Source: an uncultured delta proteobacterium
GTDB lineage: Bacteria > Desulfobacterota > Binatia > Binatales > Binataceae
Assembly: GCA_963724765.1 (NCBI GenBank)
Contig: CAVRVY010000004.1
Coordinates: forward strand, 1,632,001-1,696,000
Length of the DNA: 64,000 nt
Reading direction: 5' to 3'
The translations under genes were made by a program, and so were the position numbers. The stretch's first letter is position 1, and every line of letters begins with the position of its first letter. The notes beneath the pieces are model-generated. The model was not told the origin of the DNA, ran no database searches, and saw only the letters and a program-made list of their open reading frames with translations. Shown piece after piece: positions 1 to 10,342 of the stretch.

Positions 1-494
1 CCAAGTGCGAAGAGAAGCTGGGCTTCGTGCCCAACGTGCTGCGCGCTTACAGCTTCAACTCGGACAAGCTGGCCAATTTCATGACGATGTATAACGAGCT
101 GATGCTTGGGCCGTCGGGATTGAGCAAGCTCGAGCGTGAAATGATAGCGGTTGTGGCCTCATCCATCAACCATTGTTTCTACTGCCTGACTGCCCATGGC
201 GCCGCCGTGCGCCAGCTTTCGGGCGATCCCAAACTGGGCGAGCTGATGGTGATGAACTATCGTGCCGCCGAGCTTGCAACGCGACAGCGCGCGATGTTGG
301 ACTTCGCCGCCAAGCTCACCGAGACTCCAGACAGAATCGTCGAGACCGATCGCCAGGCTCTGCGCGACGCTGGCTTTAGCGATGCCGATATCTGGGACAT
401 CGCCGCGGTGACCTCATTCTTCAATATGTCCAACAGGATGGCGGTGGCGACGGACATGATGCCCAACCCCGAGTACCACAGCCAGGCTCGCTAG
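1..494 (+). CDS. Peroxidase-related AhpD/CMD-family alkylhydroperoxidase (5' end outside window)
   Basis: LGFVPNV...EREMIAVVASSINHCFYCLTAHG (CxxC-x3-H AhpD motif); frame is open from the window start. Confidence 0.9.
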   Translation, partial: KCEEKLGFVPNVLRAYSFNSDKLANFMTMYNELMLGPSGLSKLEREMIAVVASSINHCFYCLTAHGAAVRQLSGDPKLGELMVMNYRAAELATRQRAMLDFAAKLTETPDRIVETDRQALRDAGFSDADIWDIAAVTSFFNMSNRMAVATDMMPNPEYHSQAR

Positions 495-538
495 GGGCGA
501 CGTTCGCGGTTAACGTAAAGACGCAATCATCGAGGAGA

Positions 539-991
539 TTGAGTAAGCAAATGCGCGAACTGACGCTCGAAGAGATCCGCAAGATGCTACAGGCGGCGAA
601 TCGCAAGGCGAATGAAGTGGGCAAGCCGAGCACGATCGCGATCGTCGATTTCGGCGGCCATCTGCGCGGCCTGGAGCGGCCCGAGGGCGGGCGAATCGCC
701 AACGTCGATATTGCAATCAAGAAGGCTTGGACCGCGATCGCGTTCAAGCGGCCCACCGAGAGGGTACGGGCGATCATGATGCCCGACGCTATCGCCTACG
801 GCCTGCAGCATACCGACTCGCGCATCTGCATCGTGTCGGGCGGCCTGCCGATCGTGGAGAAGGGAGAATTCTTGGGAGCCGTGGGCGCCAGCGGCGGCAC
901 CATAGAGGAAGATATCGCCTGTTGTGTCGAAGCGCTCAAGGCGTGCGGCTTCGCCACCGAGTTCGCCGACCCGCTCAAGGCAAAGAAATAG
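539..991 (+). CDS. GlcG/HbpS-family heme-binding protein
   Basis: AIVDFGGHL, IAIKKAWTA, GGLPI...GAVGASGGT motifs; alternative ATG at 551. Confidence 0.88.
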   Translation: MSKQMRELTLEEIRKMLQAANRKANEVGKPSTIAIVDFGGHLRGLERPEGGRIANVDIAIKKAWTAIAFKRPTERVRAIMMPDAIAYGLQHTDSRICIVSGGLPIVEKGEFLGAVGASGGTIEEDIACCVEALKACGFATEFADPLKAKK

Positions 992-1162
992 CAGCCTTCG
1001 CAAAAACACGGACGCGCGCGCGACCGTCGCGGCGCGGCGCCTGATGTGTTAGGAACTTGGGTTATGCTTGGTCTTTGTGGTGGTCCAAGCGCTCATCCTG
1101 CGACTGGGCAAGAGCATCACCGCACGAACGGGTCCTAACATCAGCGCAAAGGCTAGTATGCG

Positions 1163-2395
1163 ATGGCGACCGCAACCGTAAAGGGCTCCTTCCTCGCGGC
1201 GGCGCGGCAGTTCAGCGAGAATCTTTACCACTGCTCGCGTTGCAACTACTGCGTCGAGGCGTCGTGGGAGGAAAAGGGGCTGCGCCACGTATGCCCCACC
1301 CTGCTCCATCATAGCCCGGCGCTAAGCTACTCGGGTAAAGGTTATCTCGCGACGGCGCGCACGCTAGCCGACGGCGAAGAACTCTCCGCGGTCACGGTAG
1401 CGGCGCGGCTCTTTGCCTGCACCACCTGTGGCAATTGCGAGGAAGCCTGTCCAATCGGACTGCAGCCGGCGCAACTCGTTAAGGCGCTGCGCGCCGACCT
1501 GGTCGATCACGGCCTTGCCCCCGACAGCGCTCTCGAGCTCGCAAGCAACATCGCCAGCACTGGCAATCCGGATGGCCTGCCCGCCGCTGAGCGTTGCGCA
1601 TGGGCCGGCGAGCTTCAGACTGACTCCGGCTCCGCGCCGGAATTTCTATATTTGCCCGGCTGCGCCGCTTGCTACGGCAAACCGGCCGAAGCGCGCGCCA
1701 CGGTGGCCCTGCTGACCGCCGCCGGGGTGCGCGTCGCGATGCTCGCAGGCGATCGCGATCGATGCTGCGGCGCGCCGCTGTTCGAAACCGGCCAGCTCGC
1801 CGCGGGCCGTCGGCAGGGAATCGAGCTGCTCGAAGCGATCCGCGACTCGGGCTTGTCGGCAGTGCTGACCTCGGGCGCGGAATGTCTCGAGAGCCTCCGT
1901 CACCACTATTCGCAACATCTGCAAGCGGGCGAAGCGGTTGCCGCGATGCATCCGCTGGAGCTGCTCGCCGATCGAGTTAGCACCCAGCGCCTGAAATTAG
2001 TCGCGCGTAAGGATTCGCCACCGCCGTCCGCGGTTGCGATGCTGGATAGCTGCCATCTCAGCAAGAAGGGACACGGCGGCCTGGCTGAGACCGGATACCC
2101 ACGGCTCGCTCGCACGATTCTCTCGGCGCTCGGATGCCGAGTCGTGCCGGATGAGTCGGCCGCGCGCTTTGCGCTTTGTTGCGGCGCAGCGGGCGGCATG
2201 GCGCAGATCCATCCGGACTCGGCGCGGCGGATGGCGCTGGGGAAACTCGAATCGTTGCGCGAGCTGGGAGCCGGCGCGATCGTCTCGGCGAGTCCGCTCT
2301 GCGCGAGTCACCTCGAACAGTCGCGCGACGGTGGCACAACCCCGGTTTACGGCCTGTGCGAGTTCATCATGACTCATTTCGAAGCGCGCGGGTAA
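1163..2395 (+). CDS. (Fe-S)-binding oxidoreductase, GlcF/HdrD-like with CCG domains
   Basis: CSRCNYC...CP and CTTCGNCEEACP 4Fe-4S motifs; two CCG motifs. Confidence 0.88.
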   Translation: MATATVKGSFLAAARQFSENLYHCSRCNYCVEASWEEKGLRHVCPTLLHHSPALSYSGKGYLATARTLADGEELSAVTVAARLFACTTCGNCEEACPIGLQPAQLVKALRADLVDHGLAPDSALELASNIASTGNPDGLPAAERCAWAGELQTDSGSAPEFLYLPGCAACYGKPAEARATVALLTAAGVRVAMLAGDRDRCCGAPLFETGQLAAGRRQGIELLEAIRDSGLSAVLTSGAECLESLRHHYSQHLQAGEAVAAMHPLELLADRVSTQRLKLVARKDSPPPSAVAMLDSCHLSKKGHGGLAETGYPRLARTILSALGCRVVPDESAARFALCCGAAGGMAQIHPDSARRMALGKLESLRELGAGAIVSASPLCASHLEQSRDGGTTPVYGLCEFIMTHFEARG

Positions 2396-2403
2396 ATCGA
2401 ATC

Positions 2404-3798
2404 ATGGAGAAGCGTTCACTCGCCAACGAACTCGCGGGCACTTCCGCGGTGGTGCTCGAAGATCAGATCGATCTGCTCAACTATCGGCGCGACGCCTCGG
2501 TCTGTGCGGCTGGCGATCCGGCCGCCGCGGTCCTGGTCAGCAGTGCGGACGAGATCGTGCGAGTGGTCAAGGCGGCCCGCGAAGCCGATCAGCCAATATA
2601 TATCCGGGGCGCCGGATCGACGTACGCTGGTGGCGCCAACCCGACCCGCGGTGGCGTCGTGATCGACGTTTCGCCGATGAACCGGATTGTCGAGATCGAC
2701 CGCGGCCGCGGCCTAGTGATTGTCGAGCCGGGCGTGACTTACGGCGAACTGCTCGCGGTGCTCGGGCGCGACGGTCTGACGGTCGGTATCGTGCCGCTTA
2801 CGGGAGCGGCGGGAACTATCGGTGGCGCCATAGCCTCGCATGGACTTGGAACCGGGTCGCCGAAATATCAGAGCACGGGTGACGAGGTCGCGGGCCTCGA
2901 GGTCATTTTACCCGACGGCGAACTGCTCAGGACCGGCAGCGCGGCACTGGCCGGCGCGGGCTTCTTTCATCGCTATGCGATCGGCCCCGACCTGACTGGG
3001 CTTTTCCTGGGCGCCAACGGCACGCTGGGTGTCATTACGAAACTGGCGCTGTGGGTCCATCCGCTGCCGCCCCATCAGGAAACCCTGACGCTGGGCTTTT
3101 CCGATTACGCGGCGGGCGCGCGCTTCACCGCTCATGCGCAACTGCACGAAATGTTTCGCAACGTCTGGTACGGCGCCGGTTATGAGGACAAGGCAGTGGC
3201 CGCGCGAGTCAGCACGGCACGTCCCGATCTCGACGGGAACTCGATGCCGGGTTTTTGTCTCGGCCTCGACGTCCGGGGCGATCCACGGGAGGTTGCTGCC
3301 GATCGCCTGCGCCTTATCGACCAGGCCAGCCGTTTCGCGGGCGGCGAATTCGCGCCCTTCGACGAAATCTTCTTCAGCAAGCTCAGGCGCGATTTCAGCT
3401 TCTGGTACGGCTACGCGGGTTATTTCTCGCGCTCGATGTGCGCTCTACTGATGACCTCGATGCCGACTGAGACGTCGCCCCGCTTTTTCGCGCTGGTCGA
3501 TCGCATGCGCGCACTGCATTCCGATTTCGTCTGGGCCGGCGGGACCGTGCTCTGCCGGCGTGGCGTTCATGGCGCGGTGATAATGTTCTACGACGAACAG
3601 CATCAATGGCCCGCCGCGCAGGCCGCCGCATCCGCCACCTGCGCCGAGTTGCTGGCGATCGGCTGCGTTCCTTACAAGGTCGGCAAGATGTGGGCGCCCC
3701 TGATGGATCGATTCGGCAGCTACTACCGGACGCTGCGCACACTCAAACGGAGCCTCGACCCAAAGTCGCTGTTCTGTCCCGATAACCTCGCGCTTTGA
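2404..3798 (+). CDS. FAD-binding oxidoreductase, GlcD/VAO family
   Basis: RGAGST, VEPGVT, GTIGG, GANGTLGVITK, KRSLDPKSLFCP; ATG 9 nt after the Fe-S gene. Confidence 0.88.
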   Translation: MEKRSLANELAGTSAVVLEDQIDLLNYRRDASVCAAGDPAAAVLVSSADEIVRVVKAAREADQPIYIRGAGSTYAGGANPTRGGVVIDVSPMNRIVEIDRGRGLVIVEPGVTYGELLAVLGRDGLTVGIVPLTGAAGTIGGAIASHGLGTGSPKYQSTGDEVAGLEVILPDGELLRTGSAALAGAGFFHRYAIGPDLTGLFLGANGTLGVITKLALWVHPLPPHQETLTLGFSDYAAGARFTAHAQLHEMFRNVWYGAGYEDKAVAARVSTARPDLDGNSMPGFCLGLDVRGDPREVAADRLRLIDQASRFAGGEFAPFDEIFFSKLRRDFSFWYGYAGYFSRSMCALLMTSMPTETSPRFFALVDRMRALHSDFVWAGGTVLCRRGVHGAVIMFYDEQHQWPAAQAAASATCAELLAIGCVPYKVGKMWAPLMDRFGSYYRTLRTLKRSLDPKSLFCPDNLAL

Positions 3799-3836
3799 GC
3801 CGGCGATGCGGAACATAACAGTCAAATAGCAAACGC

Positions 3837-4730
3837 TCAGTCCGTTTCGATAGGCAGCGAATCATCCCTCGCCCACTCGCCCATCGAGCCGTCATACAGT
3901 GTGAGATTCTGATATCCGAGTTGGTACAACATGAACAAATCGACTGTGGCTGAAATCCCTCCTCCGCAGTAACAGATCACTTTCTTCGATTTCTCAACAC
4001 CGGTCGCATCGAACTTTGTGCGCGCGTCGGCCAATGGCACGAACGCTTTGGTCTTGGAATCGAGCAAGGTTGCCGCCGGCACATTCACACTGCCCGGAAC
4101 CCGGCCGGGACGACCGTAACGGCTGGGGCTTTTACCGCAATGCAAATCAGGCGATAACGCGTTGACAATGATCGTGCGTGAATCCCCGAGCGCCGCTCGC
4201 ACCCGCTCTTTACCGACGAACAACTCGGCACGATGGCGTGCAATGAATTTGGCCGCTGGATACGCGCAAGGCTCGGTCGAAACCGGGCGACCTTCCGCCC
4301 GCCATTTCTCCCACCCGCCATCCAGGACCGCCGCGTTGTCGAACCCGAACGCCCGCAGCATCCACCAGACACGCGTCGCCCACATGATATTGCCCGCACT
4401 GTACAGAACGACCCTGGCGCCTTCACCGACGCCGTGCCGCGACATGATTGCCGCGAACTGGTCGGGGGATGGCAGCATGAACCGCAACTTCGTGGTTTTG
4501 TCCGACAGCTCCCCCTGGATGTCGAGAAACCCCGCACCCGGGATATGCCCTGCGTCATAGTCCGCCTTCCCGCTGACGATGCGATAAGGAATATCGGTGC
4601 CGGGTTCGGCAGGCTGCAAATGCGTCGTGCAATCGAAGATGCGCAAGTTGGTATCGCCGCGATGCGCCTCGAGCCAATCGGTCTGCACCAGCGCATTGGG
4701 ATCGCGGTATGCAATAGTTTCCTCTGGCAT
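3837..4730 (-). CDS. Tandem-rhodanese sulfurtransferase (SseA/3-MST-like)
   Basis: GHIPGA, LDGGWEKW, active-site YCGGGISA, YDGSMGEW. Confidence 0.92.
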   Translation of the reverse strand: MPEETIAYRDPNALVQTDWLEAHRGDTNLRIFDCTTHLQPAEPGTDIPYRIVSGKADYDAGHIPGAGFLDIQGELSDKTTKLRFMLPSPDQFAAIMSRHGVGEGARVVLYSAGNIMWATRVWWMLRAFGFDNAAVLDGGWEKWRAEGRPVSTEPCAYPAAKFIARHRAELFVGKERVRAALGDSRTIIVNALSPDLHCGKSPSRYGRPGRVPGSVNVPAATLLDSKTKAFVPLADARTKFDATGVEKSKKVICYCGGGISATVDLFMLYQLGYQNLTLYDGSMGEWARDDSLPIETD

Positions 4731-4780
4731 GTTGCTACTCCTGATCGACGTTAAGCGTGCTGCTCCGCGAGGCCGCTTGT

Positions 4781-5758
4781 TCAGAACGTATAGCGTTTGC
4801 CGACGGCCAACGGGTCTATCGCGCCATCTCCGAAAGCGTTGGCAAGCGCGTTGACCGCTCGCCAGCCGGTGCAATGGCCGGCGGCGATGGTGCGTGGCTC
4901 CAATTCCGACAGGGCTGCAACCGTCTCAGGGATGATTTCCTCGTTGGCGCCGGAAAGATGGAAACCGCCCATCACCGCGTGGATCTGCGTATCGGGAGCG
5001 CACTCGCGAGCATGCTTCAATACGTTTACCACTCCGGCGTGCGAGCATGCCGTAAACACTATCAGCCCTTTTCCCTCGACTTTTACCATCAAGAACCGCT
5101 CGTCCATCAGCAGCGGGTCGGGCATCCAATTCCCGTCCGCGTTCTTTTGATAATGCGCCGGCAGGCCGCGTTCGAACGGCGTCACCCGCGGAATTTCGCC
5201 ACTGAGATAAAACATGTCGTCGAGAAAGACCTGCAACTCTCCGGTGCAGGTGACCTGCGCGCCGTGCGCCGTCAAAGCCTCGATACCTGGTACGTCCTTC
5301 ATGGGCATCAAATCGCCGTTCGGCAGTCGACGGGCCCGTGAGCGGAACATCCCAGGATGTGCATAGTACGGGATCGACCGGCCTCCATTGTGGCTACGAA
5401 CAAGGTCGAGCGCCTTCAGCATTCCTCCTGCATGATCCCAGTGTCCGTGGGACAGCACGACGCTCTCGACGATGCTCAGATCAACGCCGAGCCGCCCGGC
5501 ATTGCGCTCGAACGCATATTCCTCCGGTCCGCTGTCGAAAAGAACCGTGTGCCGGCGCGCCCCCCGGGTAGCCGTTATAAGGAGGGAAAGCCCGTGACAG
5601 GCGCAGCAAAGCGAGTCACCGGATAGTTCCCGCATCCCGTGCCGCTCCAGGTAGCCAAACTCGGATTCCGCATGGGCGGGAATGGACGAAAGACTATCCG
5701 TCGCATTATCGACCAGAACCTGAATTTCGATCTCGTCAACCAACGCCAGACTTCCCAT
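4781..5758 (-). CDS. MBL-fold metallo-hydrolase
   Basis: SHGHWDHAGG, ACSHAG, GGFHL, GHCTG motifs. Confidence 0.9.
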   Translation of the reverse strand: MGSLALVDEIEIQVLVDNATDSLSSIPAHAESEFGYLERHGMRELSGDSLCCACHGLSLLITATRGARRHTVLFDSGPEEYAFERNAGRLGVDLSIVESVVLSHGHWDHAGGMLKALDLVRSHNGGRSIPYYAHPGMFRSRARRLPNGDLMPMKDVPGIEALTAHGAQVTCTGELQVFLDDMFYLSGEIPRVTPFERGLPAHYQKNADGNWMPDPLLMDERFLMVKVEGKGLIVFTACSHAGVVNVLKHARECAPDTQIHAVMGGFHLSGANEEIIPETVAALSELEPRTIAAGHCTGWRAVNALANAFGDGAIDPLAVGKRYTF

Positions 5759-5896
5759 TACTACCTCTTCACATGGAATTTGGCTCGGTTCGATGCTCGC
5801 GTCACAGTAACCTCGCTTTTCGTACGCTCAAGAGCTTTGGGAAGTTGTTCCCCCGAGAGCCAGACCGCCCTCGCCAGTCTTAGCTTCCTTGTCCAA

Positions 5897-6475
5897 TTAA
5901 GCCGCGATCATGTGCCAACAGCCTTGCACTACTTCGTCAAACTGCGCGCTCAACTTCTTCCGCCGCCCCGAGCGAAGCCACGCCACTCCGACCGCGCACA
6001 ATGCGCCGTTTAGCATATCCGCAAGTAGATCGGGGCTTCCGATCCGTATCTCTCCCTGGGCCTGCCCTGCCTTGATGAACGTGGTAAGCACGCGCCGGGC
6101 GCTCACGATCTCCGGGGGAAGGCTCTGCATGAACCGCACTTCGTTCTTGCAGAAATATACAAAAGCCTCGCCATGATCCGTCACGGCCGCGAACTCGTGA
6201 CGAACAATCCGACGTAGCTTGTCCAGACTCCCACCCGGTCCGCTGACGATTTGCTGAAGCTCCCGGCAGTGCCACCCATACCAACTCGCAAAAATTTCGC
6301 GGGCGAGTTCATCCTTGCCCGCAAAGTGACGGTATATGGCCGCTTCTCGTACCCCAGCCGCCTGAGCTATCTCCCGCATGCTGGCCACATCGATTCCTTT
6401 CTCGGCAAAGAGCAAAGTTGCGGCCCGTACGATCACCGGCCGCTTGGTGCCGGGTTTCTTTTCAAGGATGTCCAT
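5897..6475 (-). CDS. TetR/AcrR-family transcriptional regulator
   Basis: N-terminal HTH FAEKG...REIAQAAGVREAAIYRHFAGK. Confidence 0.93.
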   Translation of the reverse strand: MDILEKKPGTKRPVIVRAATLLFAEKGIDVASMREIAQAAGVREAAIYRHFAGKDELAREIFASWYGWHCRELQQIVSGPGGSLDKLRRIVRHEFAAVTDHGEAFVYFCKNEVRFMQSLPPEIVSARRVLTTFIKAGQAQGEIRIGSPDLLADMLNGALCAVGVAWLRSGRRKKLSAQFDEVVQGCWHMIAA

Positions 6476-6554
6476 TGTGAATGAACGGACTAAAGGGTGT
6501 CGCCAGATAGCTCAATCACAACAGTACCTGCGATCGTCGGATTATTCAGGTTTC

Positions 6555-7946
6555 CTATCGTCCCTGACGGCGAATCGCGTCTAGGGTGCAGAACTGGTCG
6601 TATAATTTCGGGTTGTCGATGCTGGATACTAAACCGCCGGAGATTTCCGGGACTATTCCCATGCGCGACATCCGTCCGCTTTTCATATCATACATATGCA
6701 TGTTTAGATAACTGGCCCAGAAGCTGTCTGGCATCCCCGCGGGCCACTGCATTCCAGGCTTCTTCACCGCGTAATCATAAAACCACTCGGACTGGTGGAA
6801 CGGCTTGCCCTCTCGGTCATACGTGACAATCAGCGGCACGATGCCCGTGCGTGCATCGAACCAGCTGCGCTTCTTGCTATAGGGGCAGTTCAGATAGCCC
6901 ACCGGCTTCATCTCGACCACATAACCTTCGGGTACCAATTCCATAAAGGTTCGAAAGTACTTCTTGCCATTCTTTCCGCCGACCAGGGGCACCTCCCAGT
7001 TCGGGTATCCGAAATGACAGTTGCCGTGCGTGGCGGCCAAAAATGGTCCTTGACCAATGATTTTGAAGTCGCCCCAGGTATAAACAGGATCGCCCGCGCC
7101 GGCGGAGTCACTGGTGAACCACGCGGCGCCCGGCATGGCCGTCTCGAACCGTGAGCTATCGGGAACCGATCTAATTCGCTTCGTTTGTGGCGAGTACGCG
7201 TTCGCGGTCGGTAGCTTATGTTGGTCGTAGGCCCAGATTTCGAGCGACGCGCTTCCGTTCAGGTCCTGCGGAGCAGTCATAAACAGACTGTTTATTCGTA
7301 ACTCGGTCTCGTGGCCTGGCAGATAGGGTTTCGGGTCTAGCGTTATGCGTCCAACGGTTCTATACCCGACGAAGATGTAGTCGTAAGTATAGTTGACGTC
7401 GCCGTCCGCGGTGGTCTCCCACTCCCGGGAGGCATACGCCACACTGTCATAATACAATGTGGATGAAGTGAGCGCGTTCTGAAGTAGCAATTCTTGCGCC
7501 GTCTTTGCCTCTGGAAAGGGATCGCCGCCGATCCATGGTTTGCCTTCCTTGGTCCAGACGTTGCCGTCGGGGCCGATCTTATGAACCCCCTTGTTGCGCA
7601 CAGTCGCTTCCACGTACGAGGGAGCACAAAGTCTCGTCACGTCGGTCTCGGTCGCGATCAGATCTATGGTCCGTTTGTCGTATTTGACCTGCCAGTAGGC
7701 AACCTCATCGAGTATATCTTTGACCAGATCCACATTATCCGCATTAAGTACGTCGCTCGCCTTGAGCTTGCCCTTGGTGTAGGCCTCGATCGAAAGCAAC
7801 TCCTGCGGGTAAGCTGCCGCGCAGTCGCCGTTGCGACCAATGACGTCGAACAATGGCGCGAGCAGTCCCGCTGCCGCCACGCCCTTGGCGAGCTGCCCCA
7901 TGAAATGACGCCTAGTCCATCCCTCTCCGTACTTCATCACGCGCAT
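6555..7946 (-). CDS. DUF1329 domain-containing exported protein with Tat signal
   Basis: TRRHFMGQL twin-arginine signal; GDPFP, APQDLNG, AYSPQTKRIR, PYSKK motifs typical of DUF1329. Confidence 0.8.
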   Translation of the reverse strand: MRVMKYGEGWTRRHFMGQLAKGVAAAGLLAPLFDVIGRNGDCAAAYPQELLSIEAYTKGKLKASDVLNADNVDLVKDILDEVAYWQVKYDKRTIDLIATETDVTRLCAPSYVEATVRNKGVHKIGPDGNVWTKEGKPWIGGDPFPEAKTAQELLLQNALTSSTLYYDSVAYASREWETTADGDVNYTYDYIFVGYRTVGRITLDPKPYLPGHETELRINSLFMTAPQDLNGSASLEIWAYDQHKLPTANAYSPQTKRIRSVPDSSRFETAMPGAAWFTSDSAGAGDPVYTWGDFKIIGQGPFLAATHGNCHFGYPNWEVPLVGGKNGKKYFRTFMELVPEGYVVEMKPVGYLNCPYSKKRSWFDARTGIVPLIVTYDREGKPFHQSEWFYDYAVKKPGMQWPAGMPDSFWASYLNMHMYDMKSGRMSRMGIVPEISGGLVSSIDNPKLYDQFCTLDAIRRQGR

Positions 7947-8471
7947 TCGGTTTAGCTTCTCCCGCGAATTTAATCGCTTCAGACTGCGCCGGGCAGCCGC
8001 GATCCATACGACGGCGGCCCGGCGAATTTGAACCAGCCTATATGTTCGTTGACTCCCGTGACTCAGACCAGCGGATTTCTGCCCGCCGATTGGCATGGTG
8101 GCGATAAATCGCCGCCATCGAGGGTCGCGGCTCACTCGGTCCTGGTTATCGGTGCAAGGATGCCCCTGTGAGCGGTCGACCACTAACAAGTTTTGCCAAA
8201 AGCGTCAACCAAGGACGGCGCCTAGCCCCGCTTGACGTGATCTGAATCGAAGGAGAAGGGGAATACCTTCAAACCTGAGCAGCGCTCACTTTGCATTCGG
8301 AATCGAGTTGCTGCAGGTCTTTCTGACTCAGCCACCGCCAAGGCTGGTAAGCGGGATTACCACCGTTTCGAACAAAGTGATCGCCAGTGGCGAAAAACTC
8401 CCTCGCTCGATACGGCGACAGGTTCTGCCGAACGGACCAAACCGGCACCGGGTGTGGCGCTTCGGACGAAC

Positions 8472-9299
8472 CTAAATGGAACGGCAGACGATCTCGGCTG
8501 GCGCGATCAGGCCCCGTTCGAGGTTCCCGATCATGTTTGCGATTTTCCGGGGCGCGTCCACACCCATGAGGATGTGCAGGCCGACAGGAGGCCGACCGCT
8601 CTGTGCGGCCTGGTCGCGTATTCGCTGGAAGAACGCGCTCGCGAAATCCCGGCGGCTGCGCTCCTTCGAAATCTCGAAACCCGCGGCCGCGAGCAGGTGA
8701 CGGTAGTCGGCGGCGGTTGCGACAAAGCTGGTTTCGGCGCTCGACGCCCACGGCACGGGATAGGTTAACGCACCGTCGCGCTCGCGCATCACATCGTAGA
8801 TACCGAACACGCCTCCCGGGGCCAGGACTCTGCGGAGCTCGGCGAACAGCCGGGCTTTGTCCTCGATGTTCATGCCGACATGAATCATGTACGCGCCGTC
8901 GAACGCTCCGGACGCGAAGGGGAGCGAAAGTGCGCTGCCGTGTTTGTACGAGACAGACGCGCGAAGACAGACTCGCCGCGCCAGCGCCTCGGCGACCGCG
9001 ACATATTCTTCCGTCAGGTCGACGCCCGTGACCCGACATCCGTGGTTCTGCGCGAAATAGCGCGACGCGCCGCCAAGACCGGAACCGATGTCGAGTAGGC
9101 GCATGCCGGGCCGCGCGTCCAACTGCTCAGCGAAATCGATCGTCGCCTGCCGTCCGCCGATATGAAACTCGTCGACTGGGGCGAGATCGGAGGGGTTGAG
9201 ACGATCGAGATCCTTGCCTGCGGCGGACAGCGCGTCGAGGATCGTCCGCTCGAGCGACCCGTGGGTGTAGTGCTGCGCAACGCTTTGTTCGACGCTCAT
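8472..9299 (-). CDS. Class I SAM-dependent methyltransferase (sarcosine/dimethylglycine N-MTase-like)
   Basis: DEFHIGG, LDIGSGLGG, RVLAPGG. Confidence 0.9.
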   Translation of the reverse strand: MSVEQSVAQHYTHGSLERTILDALSAAGKDLDRLNPSDLAPVDEFHIGGRQATIDFAEQLDARPGMRLLDIGSGLGGASRYFAQNHGCRVTGVDLTEEYVAVAEALARRVCLRASVSYKHGSALSLPFASGAFDGAYMIHVGMNIEDKARLFAELRRVLAPGGVFGIYDVMRERDGALTYPVPWASSAETSFVATAADYRHLLAAAGFEISKERSRRDFASAFFQRIRDQAAQSGRPPVGLHILMGVDAPRKIANMIGNLERGLIAPAEIVCRSI

Positions 9300-9428
9300 C
9301 GCTGTACCTCTTCCTACGTTGACACTCCGTCCTTGCGGGGTTCAAGAGTGCCTGAAACACTTCTCCTCGGTTGGACTGACGCCAGGATATCGGATGCTAG
9401 GTAATTGTTGCCGCAGTTGATGGGCCCT

Positions 9429-10322
9429 TCATCTGTGGAGCGTGGCAGCTCCTACGTGGATGAGGACTTCGGTAACGCCTCCGACTTGATCGCGAATCCG
9501 ACGCTCGACTTCCTCGGCAAGCCGGTGGCTTTGAGCGACCGTCATGTCGGGATCGACGGTGATATGGAGGTCGACCCTCACCATTCCTCCGATCCCCCGA
9601 CTACGTACCTGGTGGCAACCGTTCACTCCGGCCACGCTACACGCCACTTTGGCGATTTCTTCTATGTCCCCGACCGCGGCATCCGCGAGAACGCGCGAAG
9701 CGCCCCGGACAATCCGCGACGCTGTCCAAGCAATGATTGCCGCGACGATCACCGAAACCACCGGATCGACGACGGGAAATCCCAATCGCACGCCCACCAA
9801 GCCGGCGAGCACCGCACCCGAAACGAGTGTATCGCTGCGGATTCGCGCAGCGTCGGCTTGCAGCAGGGTGCTGGCCAATGCCCGGGCGGATCGGCCTTCC
9901 CAGATAGCCAGCCCGACCGTAACAAGGATAGAGGTAACTACTATCGCGAAGCTAAGCCCGGTGACCCGGGGCACCTCGTGAGAGTGGAAACGCGTCCACG
10001 CATCATCCAAGATTCCCCACACCGCTGCCAGCATAAGAACGGCGATGCCCATCGCTGCAAGCAGTTCATATCGCTCATAACCGTAGGGATGTGACGCATC
10101 AGCGGGTCGAGCCGCGAGATGGATACCGGCCAATCCGACAATTCCGCCAGCGGCGTGAAGAGTGGAATGAAGTCCATCGGAAATCATTCCGATGCTGCCG
10201 GTAAAGTACCCATAGCCCCCTTTTGCGAGCGCCATCAGCAGGTCCAGCATAAGGACGACAATGAGAACACGGCGGATGCTCTTGTGCCTTCGCGCCTGAG
10301 GTAAGTTTACCGCTACAACCAT
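9429..10322 (-). CDS. Cation diffusion facilitator (CDF) transporter
   Basis: SDGLHS, HPYGYERYE, DAARIRSD, VDLHITV...IHV; TM2 site is HxxxH and TM5 site is RxxxD, a non-canonical metal site. Confidence 0.88.
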   Translation of the reverse strand: MVVAVNLPQARRHKSIRRVLIVVLMLDLLMALAKGGYGYFTGSIGMISDGLHSTLHAAGGIVGLAGIHLAARPADASHPYGYERYELLAAMGIAVLMLAAVWGILDDAWTRFHSHEVPRVTGLSFAIVVTSILVTVGLAIWEGRSARALASTLLQADAARIRSDTLVSGAVLAGLVGVRLGFPVVDPVVSVIVAAIIAWTASRIVRGASRVLADAAVGDIEEIAKVACSVAGVNGCHQVRSRGIGGMVRVDLHITVDPDMTVAQSHRLAEEVERRIRDQVGGVTEVLIHVGAATLHR

Positions 10323-10342
10323 GACGCCAGTCGTCAATAAGA

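Noticed and set aside
8269-9039. Long alternative-frame and antisense ORFs (also 18798-19532, 22757-23749, 24626-25501, 27696-28757, 45454-46332, 49948-50982, 59718-60503)
   Set aside because: They are Arg/Ala/Pro-rich shadow ORFs of well-supported genes, as expected in high-GC DNA.
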